A stretch of 64,000 nt of DNA from Anthoceros angustus. Lineage: Eukaryota; Plantae; Anthocerotophyta. The stretch's first letter is position 1; each line of letters opens with the position of its first letter. The notes under the pieces are model-generated. The model was given only the letters and a program-made list of their open reading frames with translations. It did not search any database and had not been told where the DNA came from. A program made the translations under genes and the position numbers. Shown here in pieces: positions 35,064 to 48,699 of this stretch. The stretch is from contig MU008161.1 of NCBI GenBank assembly GCA_010909165.1, positions 1,922,001 to 1,986,000 of the forward strand. Reading direction: 5' to 3'.

Positions 35064-36235
35064 ATGGCCAGGTCCCGCTCCCGCTCTCCCAGCCGAGGTA
35101 CGGTTTGTACTGTTTTCTTGTTGCTCCTTCTTACCTTGAAATTGCAAGCTGAGCTAGGTAGTTTGCTAGCTAGCTTAGCTTGTGTTTGTGTCTGTTTGTG
35201 GCGGTGTCCACACTGACTGACCTAGTCTTGCTCCTGTCTGTGTCTCCTCTGGTTTGCAGCTGACAGAGGCAAGGAACGCGAGAGAGTGAGCATCCGGGAT
35301 CGTGAACGGGAACGGGAACGGGACAGGGACAGGGCGCGGGAGCGGGACAGAGACAGAGGCCGTGACGGCAGGGATCGGCGCGGAGACAGGGAGAGGGATA
35401 GGGATAGAGACAGGGAGCGGGAAAGGGAGAGGGAACGGGACAGGGGAAGGGACAGGAGGAGAGCCCGGTCTCCAGAGAGGTCACCAGGGGATCGCCATGG
35501 CCGAGCTCGGTCGCCCCGACGGGACAGAGCCAGGGAGCGAAGCAAGGAGAGGAGCAGGGAGCGGGAGCATGACAAGGGTGATGGCGGAAACTCGGGAAAG
35601 CACCGGGAGCGGAAAGATGAAGACGGGCAGGCGGCTATGGTGGCGGAGTTCGTGGACGAGATAGCGAGAGGGCAGAAGGAACCGGTCGGAGGGACGGACG
35701 CTCAGGCTGAGGCTCAAGCTCTGGCTCTGGCTCAAGCCCAGGCAAACGAGGAGGAGATGATGAAGAAGTTCGGGATTCCCGTCGGGTTCAGTACTACCAA
35801 GGTATGCAGTGGGTCTCATTTCGTCTCGGTGCTGTTTACTCTAGCTTGCATTTGTGTGTGCAGTAGCGTTGCAGGCTGGATTTTGTTGGAGAAGCTGGAT
35901 TTTCGGTGCTGCTTGTGTGCAAGGATGGATTGGTGATCTTGGGGTTTTGTTAGTCAATGCTGGCAGTAACGGGAGCTGTGTGATGGATGTCCTGTAGGGC
36001 AAGTATGTGCCAGATGCAAATCACTCTGCTGTCAAGCTCACGACAAAGCGGACACCGAGGCAGTATATGAACAGGAGAGGTTTGTATAGCAACCACCTAC
36101 CGTCTTTGAAAGTGGTTCGTGTTGTTGTTGTGTTCGGATTTTATGGCTCTCATGTCGTGCCTTGTTAATGCGTTGGCTCGTTTTGTTGTTGCAGGTGGTT
36201 TCAATCGTCCTCTGCCTGCTGAGACAAATCGCTGA
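35064..36235 (+). CDS. SNRNP27: U4/U6.U5 tri-snRNP 27 kDa protein, 4 exons
   Basis: N-terminus rich in RS/RD/RE. C-terminal EEEMMKKFGIPVGFSTTK|GKYVPDANHSAVKLTTKRTPRQYMNRR|GGFNRPLPAETNR*. Confidence 0.92.
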
Positions 36236-37185
36236 TGGCTGCAATTTGTTTTTCGTCTGGCGAGCTATTGTGTACAAGTCGGCAATGCACAGAGCACAGG
36301 TTTGGATAATTTTCAGCGTTTGTTTTATTTCTCAGGAGTCAGCATGTTAAAATTATCTTCCTACGTCATTTGCTTTTGCTAATGTACGAGTCCGTTTTGT
36401 TTTTCAGGGTGATGCCTTTGATGGCTGGCTGCAAAAGAGAGACCAGCTTCAGAAAGCGTAGAAGTAGAGCGTAGAAGTAGTTTCGTAAATGTCAGGTACA
36501 ATTTGTTTAAGTTGGTAGCTCCCACTCTGGGTTCCGCTGCCCTGCAGTCGGATCTGGGTTGGAATTTTGGCCGGCAGCTTCCAGAACTGCTTTTTTCCTG
36601 CATCGCACAGCTATGACGTTGGCAACATCCTCAAGCAGCAGCTTTGGCAAACTTAAGGTGTTCCAAGACTCGTAAGGGTCGCTGTTACAGGACACCCGTA
36701 TTCAGTCACATGGCGCATCCTCGCTCGGGTTCCAGGTCCAAAGTCCAGGGCTATCGGTAAATGTAGCGCCGATCTCCACATGGCCAAGAAGCATCCACGT
36801 TCCAGCCCATAACGTCTTTCACAAATTGTGTAGTTCTGCGCAAACAGTTCAGGCATTGTCGAAATCAGACATGTTGCATTGTTGAAAAGAAGGAGTCCAG
36901 TATTTTGTATTAGCGGACAAACAACGAGGCATTATAAAATATATATCAGAAATTGCACCAATGCGAGGTGAGACGGTGAGACCGGGGGCAGAGCTTTCCC
37001 GCAAGGCTGCAGGGAGGGCAGAGAAGATCGCAAGAACGAGAATAGCATACCAATGCGGGCAAAAATGCTCAAAGGCGTTTCTCGGCATTCGACGTAGTCG
37101 CTCAGGCCGCGGCTCATCAGGTCGCCGCTCAGGCCGTTGCGTGCCTGAGGTGGAGGTAGCGATTTGCCCGCCTCTGATAGCCGCG

Positions 37186-38313
37186 GACATGAGAACAGGA
37201 GAGTCCGGTCCCCAGACAGGTCACCAGAAGATCGCCATGGCCGAGCTCAGACTCCCCGGCGGGACAGAGCCAGGGAACGAAGCAGCGGGAGCAGGAGCAT
37301 AGCTAGGGTGATGGCGGGAACCCGGGGAAGGAGCAGGTTGCAAGGGCTCTCAGGCTCAGGCTCAAGCTCAGGCTAAAGCTCAAGCCCAGGCGAATGAGGA
37401 GGAGACGATGAAGTTCAGGGTTCGAGTGTCGGATTCAATACTACCTAGGTACGCAGTCGGCCTCATTTCTTCCCTGTGCTGCTTATTCCATCTTGCATTT
37501 GCGTGTGCGGTACAGTTGCAGTTTGTTGGAGGAGCTGGATTTTCGGTGCTGCTTGTGTGGAAGGATGGATGATGAATTTAGGGTTTTGTTCGTCAATGCT
37601 GGTCTTCACGGGAGCTGTGTCATGGATGTTCTGTAGGACAAGTATGTGGCAGACGAGAATCACTCTGCAGTCAAGCTCCCGACAACGTGGATACCGAGGC
37701 AGTATATATGAACTGGAGAGGTTTGTATAGCAACCACCTGCCATCTCAGAACTTGGGTTCGTGTTGTTTTTGTTATAAGATTTTAGGGCTCTTACATCCT
37801 GCCATTTTAATGCGTTGGTTCGTTTTGTTGACATAAATAATAATGTTGTTGTTGTTGCTGTTTCAGGTGGTTTCAATCGTCCTCTGCCTGCTGATACAAG
37901 TCATTGATGGCTGCAATTTTATTTTATGGTTACAAGTCGGGAATGCACAGGCAGCACAGGTTTGGATCATTTTCCAAGTTTGTTTTGCTTCTGAGGAGTC
38001 AGCATGTTAAAGTATCTTCTTATGTCGCTTGCTCTTTGCTAATACACGGATCCGTTTTAATTTTCAGGGCGTACCTTAGGTGGGTGACTGCAGGAGAAGA
38101 CCAGCTCCAAGATATCGTGGAAGTAGTTTCATAAATTTAGGTACAATTATTTACGTTTACAGCTCCAACTCTGGGGTCAGCTGCTCTGCAGTCGGATCTG
38201 GGTTCGAAAGTTTTGCTGGCAGCTTCCGGATCTTCCTTTTCCCTGCATGGGTCGCCACGCCGCTATGACGTTGGCAATATCCTCAAGCATCTTTGGCAGA
38301 TTTGGCAAACTTG
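37186..38313 (+). pseudogene. Partial tandem duplicate of SNRNP27 (3' half, introns and 3' flank), disrupted
   Basis: Colinear similarity to ~35451-36654 including intron sequence. Deletions and frameshifts, e.g. aggcagtatatatgaactggagag versus aggcagtatatgaacaggagag. The 5' exon is missing. Confidence 0.88.
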
Positions 38314-41144
38314 GAATTTTATAATTCACATGTGTATCTCTTCCTTATTGTCTACTGTAGGTCTGTGCATATGGTTCGGTAAAGCCGTCGGAGCCCATGA
38401 GTCCTCCGTGTTCAGCCTGCATCACGTATGTGAATGTCTGGAACGAACGGGGCACTGTAACTCAGCATAGTCTGTCGAGCCGCCTGCACGTTCATCGATG
38501 TCCCAGAATTGCTCCGCCGTCGAACATGTTACCTTGTACTTTGATCTAACAGATAACAGTCTGGGTTTTAAGGGCGTGCCTTGCCACATTGTATGTGCTG
38601 CCATTGTCGCCCCCAGAAGCGCAGAGCTGGGAAGCATGTTCGGGTTGTGAAGACTTAATATTCGCAGGTGCGCCTTGGGGGAATCCTGCTCTCCCACATG
38701 GTCTTGCTAAGCCGTAGGATTCAGCGGCAATTGACAAGATGACCAAGCTTTTGACATCTTCATACTCTGTCGTTGGAGCATCTTTGGGAATCGGCAATGG
38801 CAGTAACTTATAGTAGCCTCTTGTTGAGGGATCCAGGATATCTACGTATCTTATTCCCACTGTTGCTGCTGTGTTGGCCTCCCTCCTCTCGCACAGGTGC
38901 TCACTCAGTGCGGAGCCAGCCTCGGAAGGAGGTGTCAGTCAGGCCTTAGTGATGATAAGATCAGACAACGTGACATGGGGTGCTTCCCTCCGGGCTTCCT
39001 CCTTGTTCTGCGTAGACAAGCCCTTGCACGAAGGCCTAGGAAGGGGAAGCAAGTCAGGCGAACACACTGTAGTTCATTGAAAGCGAGTGGACGGCAACAA
39101 CCCCTTGTGATCCGCATGGTGCCGTCCCTGCTCTGACCATCCCTGAGAAACTGGTGTGGCGGCGACGACCCAGTGGGCACCGGTGAGAGAAAAAACCCCA
39201 AGCTTGCTATGTACATGTGTGGTAGTGTATGGGTGGTATCTATGTCAGTGAGTATGCGTGTGTGGGTCTGTGGCACTGTTGGTTTGCCATGAAGCTGCTA
39301 CTACCCTGCTGCTGCTGGCTCCTGTGTACAATGCAGTTTGAACTTGTGATCCTTGGAAACAGCATCACAGGTGCGTCCAGGGCATGATTGCCTTGGTGGG
39401 GTAAGGCCTAACCCCACAGCCACGCTCGTTAATGCACCATTTGTACACACTGGTGCTGATCTAATGGGGAGGTGGGTGTTGTTGACTTTGCAGCAAGACG
39501 GTGTGTTGTGGTACGACGAGCAAGACTTTTGTGGCGGGAGCTTGCTTGCCGGGTCCTGCAGGGTCTACTATTCTACATACATGCAACCTAGGGTTGCCGT
39601 GACTGCCTTGTGGTTGCTTCAATCCAAGCATGGTTACAGTAACATGTACCCACATAGTCTATAACCCTTTCTGTGGACACATGAATTTTACTGACTTCTT
39701 CCCTGGTTGTGGAGTGATGAAATGCGGTGTGAGGACGCTCTTTGCAGCATGAATCATGACCCGGTATGAGCGGTGAAGCAAGGGTGTCCTGTTGGCGACA
39801 GAGATCAAGGTCTGCTGTACAGTTTGTTAAAGAATCCATTTAGGTCGGAAGGAAGCGATGGTGGGGCACGTACTACTGGAGGCAGGCCAGACAAGTGGGC
39901 CCAGGGAGCTCATGATGCAACATGAGTCTACGATCTGTGGGAGAGCTTGGTGCCGGAGAGCGATGTCAGAAGGACCCCCAACTTCCAAGGTGAGAGTATG
40001 TTGGTACAACACTCCCCACCCACGTAGTCGAAGATTTGTACCATCAGTATCTGTTGAAGGAGTCCATGTACAATGACAGCAGCATCAGAAGAGAGATGCA
40101 GATGGAGAAGGGCTGCGGGACTCTGCACAAGCCTAGGCTACGTAAGACGGCGTTTGTGGGTATGCCCTACAACACATGGAGCAAGGGGAAGTGGAAGCTC
40201 CAAGATCTTGTTCCCAGGCGCCAAGTTGCCAACTAACCTGGAGCGGAGGGAACGAGTGACCCGGAACAGGCCGCAGGCTCTGCAAGTCTTGGCCGCCCTC
40301 GAATCCTGCGACTCGCCACGCAGGTACAAGCTGGGCACCCACACTCATGTCCCCACTCAACTCCACTCATGACCGGGCAAACCTCAGATTCCGTAGGAAT
40401 AACAAACCGTTGTGGAATAAACAATGGGCATGTCAGGCCAGCGGACGGGAACACGACAAGCATGCGAGCAGCGAGCAAGGCGAGGGCGGGAAGCAAATCT
40501 CAACTAAGATCCCACCTAAGATCAGGTTATTACCGCTGCCCTCATCGGGGCAAGGCACAGGCCGAATGCCCAGGGGTAGATGCAAGGCGGCAAGGACATG
40601 TTATTACAGCCAGCCATGTTCCTGTTTGACGTCATGTGTGGATCTGTGGGAGGCAGTTGCGGGAAGAGGAATCCCGGAAGCTCACTTATTGGCTGCCCAC
40701 TGCACTGCGCTCCAGTCCTGTGCTGCTGCACCTCCGACCTGACGTGGAACTCTCTCCTCTCCGACGCAAAGAGGGAAAGCCAAGGTGGGTGAGTAACAGG
40801 TTGCAGGTTTGGTTTGGTTTGGTTTTGGGCCCCATATTAATGATGCTCCTCGCTCGCTCGCATTTATTGCAGGCCTGTCAGGGAATCATGGCCTCCCGCC
40901 GAATGATGGCTCCGCCCCTTCCAATCTTTCATGCGCCATTCGCCACTGCCAGCCCAGCCAGCATGGCCGGGGGACCGGGGGGCCGGGGCTCGCCCTTCCA
41001 GGTATATGGCATGTCCATGCACAGTCTTTGTACTGCAACCAGACTATCTGTCTATCTATCACCCATGTCTGGAGTGTGGAGCAGCCGAACGGCTTCCACT
41101 TCCTCCTCCATAGATACATGGAGGCGGTATCTATCGCATCCCTC

Positions 41145-41341
41145 CAGTGCCCACCAGTCAGTCTTACCCTTGTTCCAACTTCCTGGGCTGGTGGCCGGGG
41201 CTCCGGGGCTCGGGCTAAAGGAAGCTTGGAAGGCAGTGGGAGCAGTGCCCACCAGTCAGTCTTACCCTTGTTCCAACTTCCTGGGCTGGTGGCCAGGGCT
41301 CCGGGGCTCGGGCTGAAGGGAGCTTGGAAGGCAGTGGGAGC
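41145..41341. repeat. Near-perfect 98-bp tandem duplication
   Basis: cagtgcccaccagtcagtcttacccttgttccaacttcctgggc...gcagtgggag occurs twice with about 3 substitutions. Confidence 0.9.
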
Positions 41342-44137
41342 GGTGGCACTGGACACGACCCAACATTTCTGTTGCAACCGGCAGGTGTCCAGGAGGAGGG
41401 AGGAAGTGGGGGGGGCAGGAGAGGGGGGTTGGAGGTGCTACCATTGGCTGGCAACTGACTTTGAACTCACCTGCAAACTGCAATTTGCTGCAAGCTGTGC
41501 TGTGTGCTGGGGTTGCTTCCTGCTTGCTTGCCAATGAAGCCCTCTCTTGGACGGCTCGTCACGTCAAGCCAAAGCAAGCAGTGTTCCGGCCCGGCTGCCC
41601 ACTTTGTTATGAGGGCGCGGGGGCCAGGCGGCAGGGCCCAGGACACGGACCCATGTGCCCATCTGGGACATCCGACACCAGGCCGATTTCTGCCCAGGCA
41701 GAGCATATTCCCGTCTTTCCGGCGTTGACATATATATTAAGGGCCTGGCACTGGCAGGCAGGCAGGCAGACTGGCTGGAACGCCATGGAAGTTGAAGGCA
41801 GGGCAGGCATGGAAGTTGAAGGCAGGGCAGGCAAAGGGATTGGAGTCGGAGTTGGGTTGGAACTGGAACTGGAACTGGAATTGCAATACTTGACGGTGCG
41901 CCCGAGGTGAAAGCGGGCTCCTCCTACGATTTGCTGCGATCCCTCGAGGTACGGATCATGGCGTAACCCTGTTTCTTTATGCTGATTATATGAGTGCAAG
42001 TACAAGGGCGGCCATGCCCTGCGTAAGCAAGCCTGAGAGCTTTGACCCCGGGAATCTCCATGCTGCGCTCTGCTCTGCTCTGCTCTGCACACAGGTCCTG
42101 CTCCTGCTCCTGCTCCTGCTTTAGCTGCCTCTAGAGGCACACTGTTCCACAGCCTCACTCACATCCTTCCTGCCTCCGCTCTAATGACAACAGGACGAGG
42201 AGAGGAAAGGAGAGATGCAGGGGCCCCAGGGGAGAAAAAATCCTTCGCTGGCCTGGCCCTGGTCTCGGGGGTGGTGCCGTGTAAGGGAATGGGATGATGG
42301 GCCTGGGGGGCTCGGATCTGATTTGCTGTGATGTGATGTGAGAGAGAGAAGGAGCAGGGGGGGAAGAGGCAGACTGGCAAGCGCTCGCCCAGGCTACTTG
42401 CTGCTGCACTGCTCATTTATGCCCGCACATTGAATTCCAGGTGGCGTCACCAGGGCATGTGGGCAGTCCGGCCCCCCGGGTCCGCCCCACATTCATGCTT
42501 TTGGAACAGTTCGTGCTTTTGCGGCCATGTGGGCGCCTGGAGCCTGCGGCCGGGCCGGATGCCCGCCCTCTCTGCCCGGGCCCCCCCTTACACAGACCAG
42601 TGCATGCACGCACTTCGTCACACTAAATCTTCTCCTGCCTGTGCAGGGCAGAGCATAATTCGAACTTTTGGATTAGGCGGCACCTAATCCCAACAGCCAC
42701 AGCCACAGGCACACGCGGAGGTTTGTTTGTAGGCTTGTCACTTGTGGATGTGGCTTTGCTGCTGCTTTCCGGTGCCAGCATGTGAAACTGTCTTTTTCTC
42801 TTCTACACCCTTTGTTGCATCATTTTTCTGAGAAAGCATGCAAGCTTGCAAGGAGTGTATCTGGTGCAGGTGGTTGTGCGCCACTCATGGACGCATCATT
42901 CGCCGGCAACTGAATGCACTGCTTCTTCCTGCCTTCCTTCCTCCCTTGCTTCTTCCTCTGCTGGGCCCTTCCGTCTGTTCCTTCTCTGCTGCACTGTTGC
43001 GTCTCCTGCTGCAGCCTCCAGCATTTATGGCTGCTTTCATTGACTTGGGTCCAACACAACCCAACTCCCAACTCCACTGTCGTGTCATGTGCCTGCAGAC
43101 CACAGCCCCGTCCCGGAAAGGCCGTCCCGTTCCGTTGCGACAGGACCCAGGATCGGCTACCGACAAGGGAGGAAGAAGGGCACGGGGGCCCGCCCAATCA
43201 GCCAGGAGGCGACGACGAGGTCTTGGCCGCCGCTCCAGCCCCGCCCTCTCATCACTCTCCTGCCTTGCTTTCCTTATTGCTTCCTAATCGCTTTCCGATG
43301 CAGTAATGCTGTACCTGCCTTTACCCCCTATAATATTTAGGTCAAGTGTGGGTTAAGTGGGTCAGTGTGGCCTGACACCCTGCCTGGACAGCCTCCGCCT
43401 GCATGGAAGCCAATGTGTGATGAGAAGATTGTACAAGGCAGGCCACGCCAGCCATGGCCCATGAGCATGCTGTACTTCCACCCGGACCCAGCGCCGCCCC
43501 CTGCCACCCCACCTTGTTTCTTGTTTTTTCAATACGCCTGTCCCCGATATGTCATCAGCTCCCAGATCTGCACTCTCCTTCCTCCACTGTTTCAAGCTCC
43601 GGCCCTCACCGCCCGTCGCATCTATTTTATCGCCATCCATTCTTTAAACGCATTTTATCACATCGTCCCAATCACCACGGTACACCCTTTCATACTGGCT
43701 TCCTCTGTCAGCCTTGGGCGTTCGCTGGCAAGCCACTGCCAGCTGCTATATCCTACTTCATAGCCTTCTTCACATAACAATCACTTTTCATAGCCTTCTT
43801 CACATACCAATCACTTTTCAAAGAACATTGTCATGTGCTATTTAGGTAGGATATAATGTTTCAATCGAACTTTCAACAAACGTCATGTGGCACGTTTTCA
43901 AAAACAACCATCACATCGCTTTTTGGAATTAAAAGAGTTGTTAAAATACAATATGGCATAAGATGCACGATATTCCCAAGTTTCACAACAATCCAAACAT
44001 ATATATTTGGTTCACATTCACAATTGTTTTTTGTATGAGCTTCAAGCCTTTACTACAATGAAAAAAAGTGGGATGAACCCATTTGACGGTGGACTATATG
44101 GTGGAAATCTACAAAGTCATGATTAGTATAAATCATA

Positions 44138-44665
44138 GCTATGATTCATACCAAGAGAACTTTGAGAGGCACTTAACGTAAACGTGGTCTATGATTCATA
44201 CCAAGAGAACTTTGAGAGGCACTTAAGATAAATAATGATCATTTTAGAAAATTGACTGTACAATTATACAAATTGAAAACGTAATTTTCACGTCCACTTG
44301 GTTTCATTGGCACAACTTGTCCAACATTATCATAGTTGATAATGTCCATGTCATCAATTCTTTTTGAAAGCAAAAAGAGAGGAAATCTTTACGTGATACA
44401 CAAAGATGGGATGGTTTCATCTAAACCAAAGGAAACCTGTATGTGAGAGAACCCCTGATGGACAGGATGAGTTGGAGAACTATGCTCCATAAATACTGGG
44501 CTTTCAAGAGGCTTGAACACAAAACCCTACAGGACACCATGAGTTGGAGAGCTATGCTCCATAGTACTAGGCTTTTAACACATCTAATTACAAAACCCCA
44601 AAGACCACCCTGAGCTGAAAAACTATGCTCTATAAATATTAGGCTTTAGAAAGGTCTAAACACAG
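44138..44665. repeat. Short direct repeats: 38-bp duplicate at 50-bp spacing (~44139-44226) and ~71-bp degenerate unit x3 (~44468-44665)
   Basis: ctatgattcataccaagagaactttgagaggcacttaa occurs twice; gagttggaga.ctatgctc.ata..tact.ggcttt....acaaaaccc occurs three times. Confidence 0.75.
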
Positions 44666-45543
44666 TCGGGTTGTTGGAGAGTTATCGCCTGCATTCTTTT
44701 CTAAAAAGTGAAGAATCGAGATGAGTGAACAAACAAGGAAAATTATTTATAAACTCTATTAATATTATTTAATCATATTAAATATCCAAAAAAGCTTATG
44801 AAACTCAGGGAAGATTTTTATTTAAGAAGAGGTCTATCCCCTTCTTTATTCACAAGATTGGAATACAAAAGGGTACAAGAATTTGAATGTATCTTCAAGG
44901 CTGTCAAGGAAGAATGTAGTCGCAACATGCACCTTATGGTTCTAAATTAAGAAGAAAACCAAAATTCAAATGCTCTTGTTACATATGAAAAACTATAGAT
45001 GAAAAGTTAAAAATCCAATATTCAAAGTGGTGTATCACAAACCTAAGATGAAGTTGAGCTCCAAAATATGATCTAGACAGTTGCAATCTAACACCATCTA
45101 CTAACGCGTAGACAATACTACATGAGGCAAAATTCAAAGCTACGTTGCAATAGTTCTTCCGCGCGAGAGGCATAATTGCATATTCTAGTATCATTGCAAT
45201 CGATCCATTTGCTAAAACGCTAAGAGACAAATTTTAACTGTTGATTTTGTTCAATATGCTATTGATCATAATTTGTTGTTGATAAGGCCTTTGATTGATG
45301 TCTCTATACTTCAAGAAGCGACAAATCCAACGTTAATATTGGCTCCTTTTCATTCAGGCAATCCATTCGACCGTTCTCTAGAACGAACTTGGTCATCCGC
45401 ATTTTTTAGTGTGGTGGACCTGCTGAATATGCACAGGCTATGTAGTGCAGCCTAGCATGCCTTTTATTAGACGCCGTCTTTTCCCCTCTCCTCTTCTTTA
45501 TGCTTTTCTCAGCTATTCTCACATGCCATTCCCGGTGCATGCT

Positions 45544-47612
45544 GTATATCCTCTACATGTGTATGTATGTATTAAATTTCTGAAGCAAGCAAGGAGCAAA
45601 GCTAGGCTTCGAAGAAAAGCTGCCTAACCGGAAATGTTCAAAGCGCGATTCACGATACAAGACATTTAAGTATCTTTTTGCAAGAGGAAAAAGCGAGAAA
45701 CATATCTGAGAGAAAAAGGAAAGAGTTGTTTGGCATTTGTTTTCCAAGTAGCTTCACTCGAACTCAATCCTGAGACGTTCAGTGGTGTGTTAGATTAACA
45801 GGATAATCAACTACACCACGAAACCAGTTGCCAGTGTAAGGTGTACAGTTTTTTGTAGTTGCGTCACAAGATTTACAGAGAGACTCCCTTGTGCGAGTTC
45901 AAATTCGCAAGACCACTTCTAATATATGGTATAGTGGTTAACAATCACATAAGCTTTTCTTTACAAACTTTTCGTGCTCGGTTGGGTTGTAGACATTAAA
46001 TATTATTTTGTAAGTAAATCCGTATAAAAGATCCGATTCTCCAAGATGAAGTGGAGAAGCAAATACTATAGAGTAAGACAAAAATGAAGTGCAAATGCGA
46101 ATGGCCAAATGAACACACATTTATAAGAACGTGGTTGTTAAGAATATTGCGCTTCGATAAGTACTTAGATGGGGTGCCTAAATGTAGTTGATGCCCTTGG
46201 TGCTAGTAGCTTAGACATACCGTGGTATAAGTTGTTAAGTACCAAGCCCCATGCTAGGAGAATTCCATCAAAATGGACTATAATAGACTTCTTCTTCTTT
46301 TCTTCAATTATTAATACGTAGCTCTATGTCATTCCTATTGTAGTGCACTTCTCATTTTTTTCATTCAACTATTCTCATTTTAAAAGTATACAAGAAAGCA
46401 TAATTTGTCATTCAAGGACAAAGCATAGAATCGTGGAATATGTAGCTCAAGATTTACATGAAAACTAGGAAACATCCGAATGTCCTTCATAGGATGTTGG
46501 TGAATGTTTCTCATAGAAGACTAGTTTCTCTTAAGAATACTTTTATCTAGATAATAATTGATGTAATCCTTGCATGTCAGTATATCCTCTACATGTGTAT
46601 GTATGTATTAAATTTCTGAAGCAAGCAAGGAGCAAAGCTAGGCTTCAAGAAAGCCCTAACCGGAAATGTTCAAGCGCGATTCACGATACAAGACATTTAA
46701 GTATCTTTTGCAAGAGGAAAAAGCGAGAAACATATCTCGAGAAAAAGGAAAGAGTTGTTTGGCATTTGTTTTCCAAGTAGCTTCACTCGAACTCAATCTC
46801 GAGGCGTTCGGTGTGTTAGATTAACGGATAATCAACTACACCACCGATTACCAGATTAAAGGTGTCGAGTTTTGTAGTTGCGTCACAAGATTTGAGAGAC
46901 TCCTATGTGCGAGTTCAAATTCGCAAGACCACTTCTAATATATGGTATAGTGGTTAACAATCACATAAGCTTTTCTTTACAAACTTTTCGTGCTCGGTTG
47001 GGTTGTAGACATTAAATATTATTTTGTAAGTAAATCCGTATAAAAGATCCGATTCTCCAAGATGAAGTGGAGAAGCAAATACTATAGAGTAAGACAAAAA
47101 AATGAAGTGCAAATGTGTGTGCGAATGACTAAGGCCAAATGAACACACATTTATAAGAACGTGGTTGTTAAGAATATTGCGCTTCGATAAGTACTTAGAT
47201 GGGGTGCCTAAATGTAGTTGATGCCCTTGGTGCTAGTAGCTTAGACATACCGTGGTATAAGTTGTTAAGTACCAAGCCCCATGCTAGGAGAATTCCATCA
47301 AAATGGACTATAATAGACTTCTTCTTCTTTTCTTCAATTATTAATACGTAGCTCTATGTCATTCCTATTGTAGTGCAGCTTCTCATTTTTTTTCATTCAA
47401 CTATTCTCATTTTAAAAAGTATACAAGAAAGCATAATTTGTCATTCAAGGACAAAGCATAGAATGCGTGGAATATGTAGCTCAAGATTTACATGAAAACT
47501 AGGAAACATCCGGAATGTCCTTCATAGGATGTTGGTGAATGTTTCTCATAGAAGACTAGTTTCTCTTAAGAATACTTTTATCTAGATAATAATTGATGTA
47601 ATACTTGCATGT
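45544..47612. repeat. ~1.04-kb tandem duplication in AT-rich DNA (45544-46577 / 46580-47612)
   Basis: The two copies are colinear end to end and differ mostly by small indels. Confidence 0.92.
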
Positions 47613-48699
47613 GTCTTTTGCTTGGTGGAATGAAGCATTTTATTTTTCTTTGTGCTATCTATAAGGATGTAAGGGAGAATTTGGGCATACAAAAAAGGTG
47701 TGTCCATTTGGCCGAAAAGATTATTGCTAGATTTTGTGTGTAAGATTATTGCCATTATTTCGGTGGAGATAAAATTTTGAATTACTATAAAAGAAATATT
47801 GAATTGTGCATGTGCTAGGACTGTAAGGTCTATGAGATAGTTCTAATAACTAGAGAGGAGTTATGAAGATCACGTTTCACTTTCTTGTATTCATTTTATA
47901 GGCCTATGAAAGCTTTAATAAGAGAAGAGTTATATAGATCACATCTCACTTGTTTTTATTCATTTTATATACCTATAAAAACTATGTATAGTCATAGATA
48001 GTAGTAGAAATCATGTATTTGGAACATGCATGTAATACAAACTTACCATGTGTTCTGCTGGCATCTACTTTTCTAAGGTGTTATCCTACTATGTCAATAC
48101 AATTTAATCCACTTGCCACATTAGTTAAGGAATTATATCATCTTGAGTATCTTATTCAAAAACATAGCTACATCGAGCTCGTATCATCAAAATAACCTGG
48201 AGAAATGAGAACTTATCAAGTGCTTTATTGATAAGCATAGCATATAGCTGTATCCAACTTGCAACTTATCACTCAAAATGAATAGGAGGAATCAGAACCT
48301 CTCAAGTACCGCGGTGAGAAGCATACAATAACATAACATACAGCTGTGTCCAACTCGCATCATTCACAATAATATAATACTCAATATATCAACTCAAAAA
48401 CGATACGAAAATCAACTAGTCACACGTGTTAATATGATAGGATGTTCGGAGCACCTCAACTAGGCACACGTGTTAGTATGATAGGATGCTTGAACCACCT
48501 GATTCAAAATAAGATTATCTTGCTCAAATCAACCACAAGACAAACAAACCCCTGATGAGTAGAACCATGATGATGAAATAACCAATACATGCATGATGTG
48601 AATTATATGTTAGTAATAATTTTAAAATAAAATTTAGAGAAATATGAATATGAATTGTACATTATCCGAACTTGTGAGGTTGTAAGTAGTGGCTAGGTG

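Noticed and set aside
44700-48200. Possible decayed transposase or viral coding sequence in the AT-rich block
   Set aside because: The frames I translated are full of stops and show no diagnostic motif.
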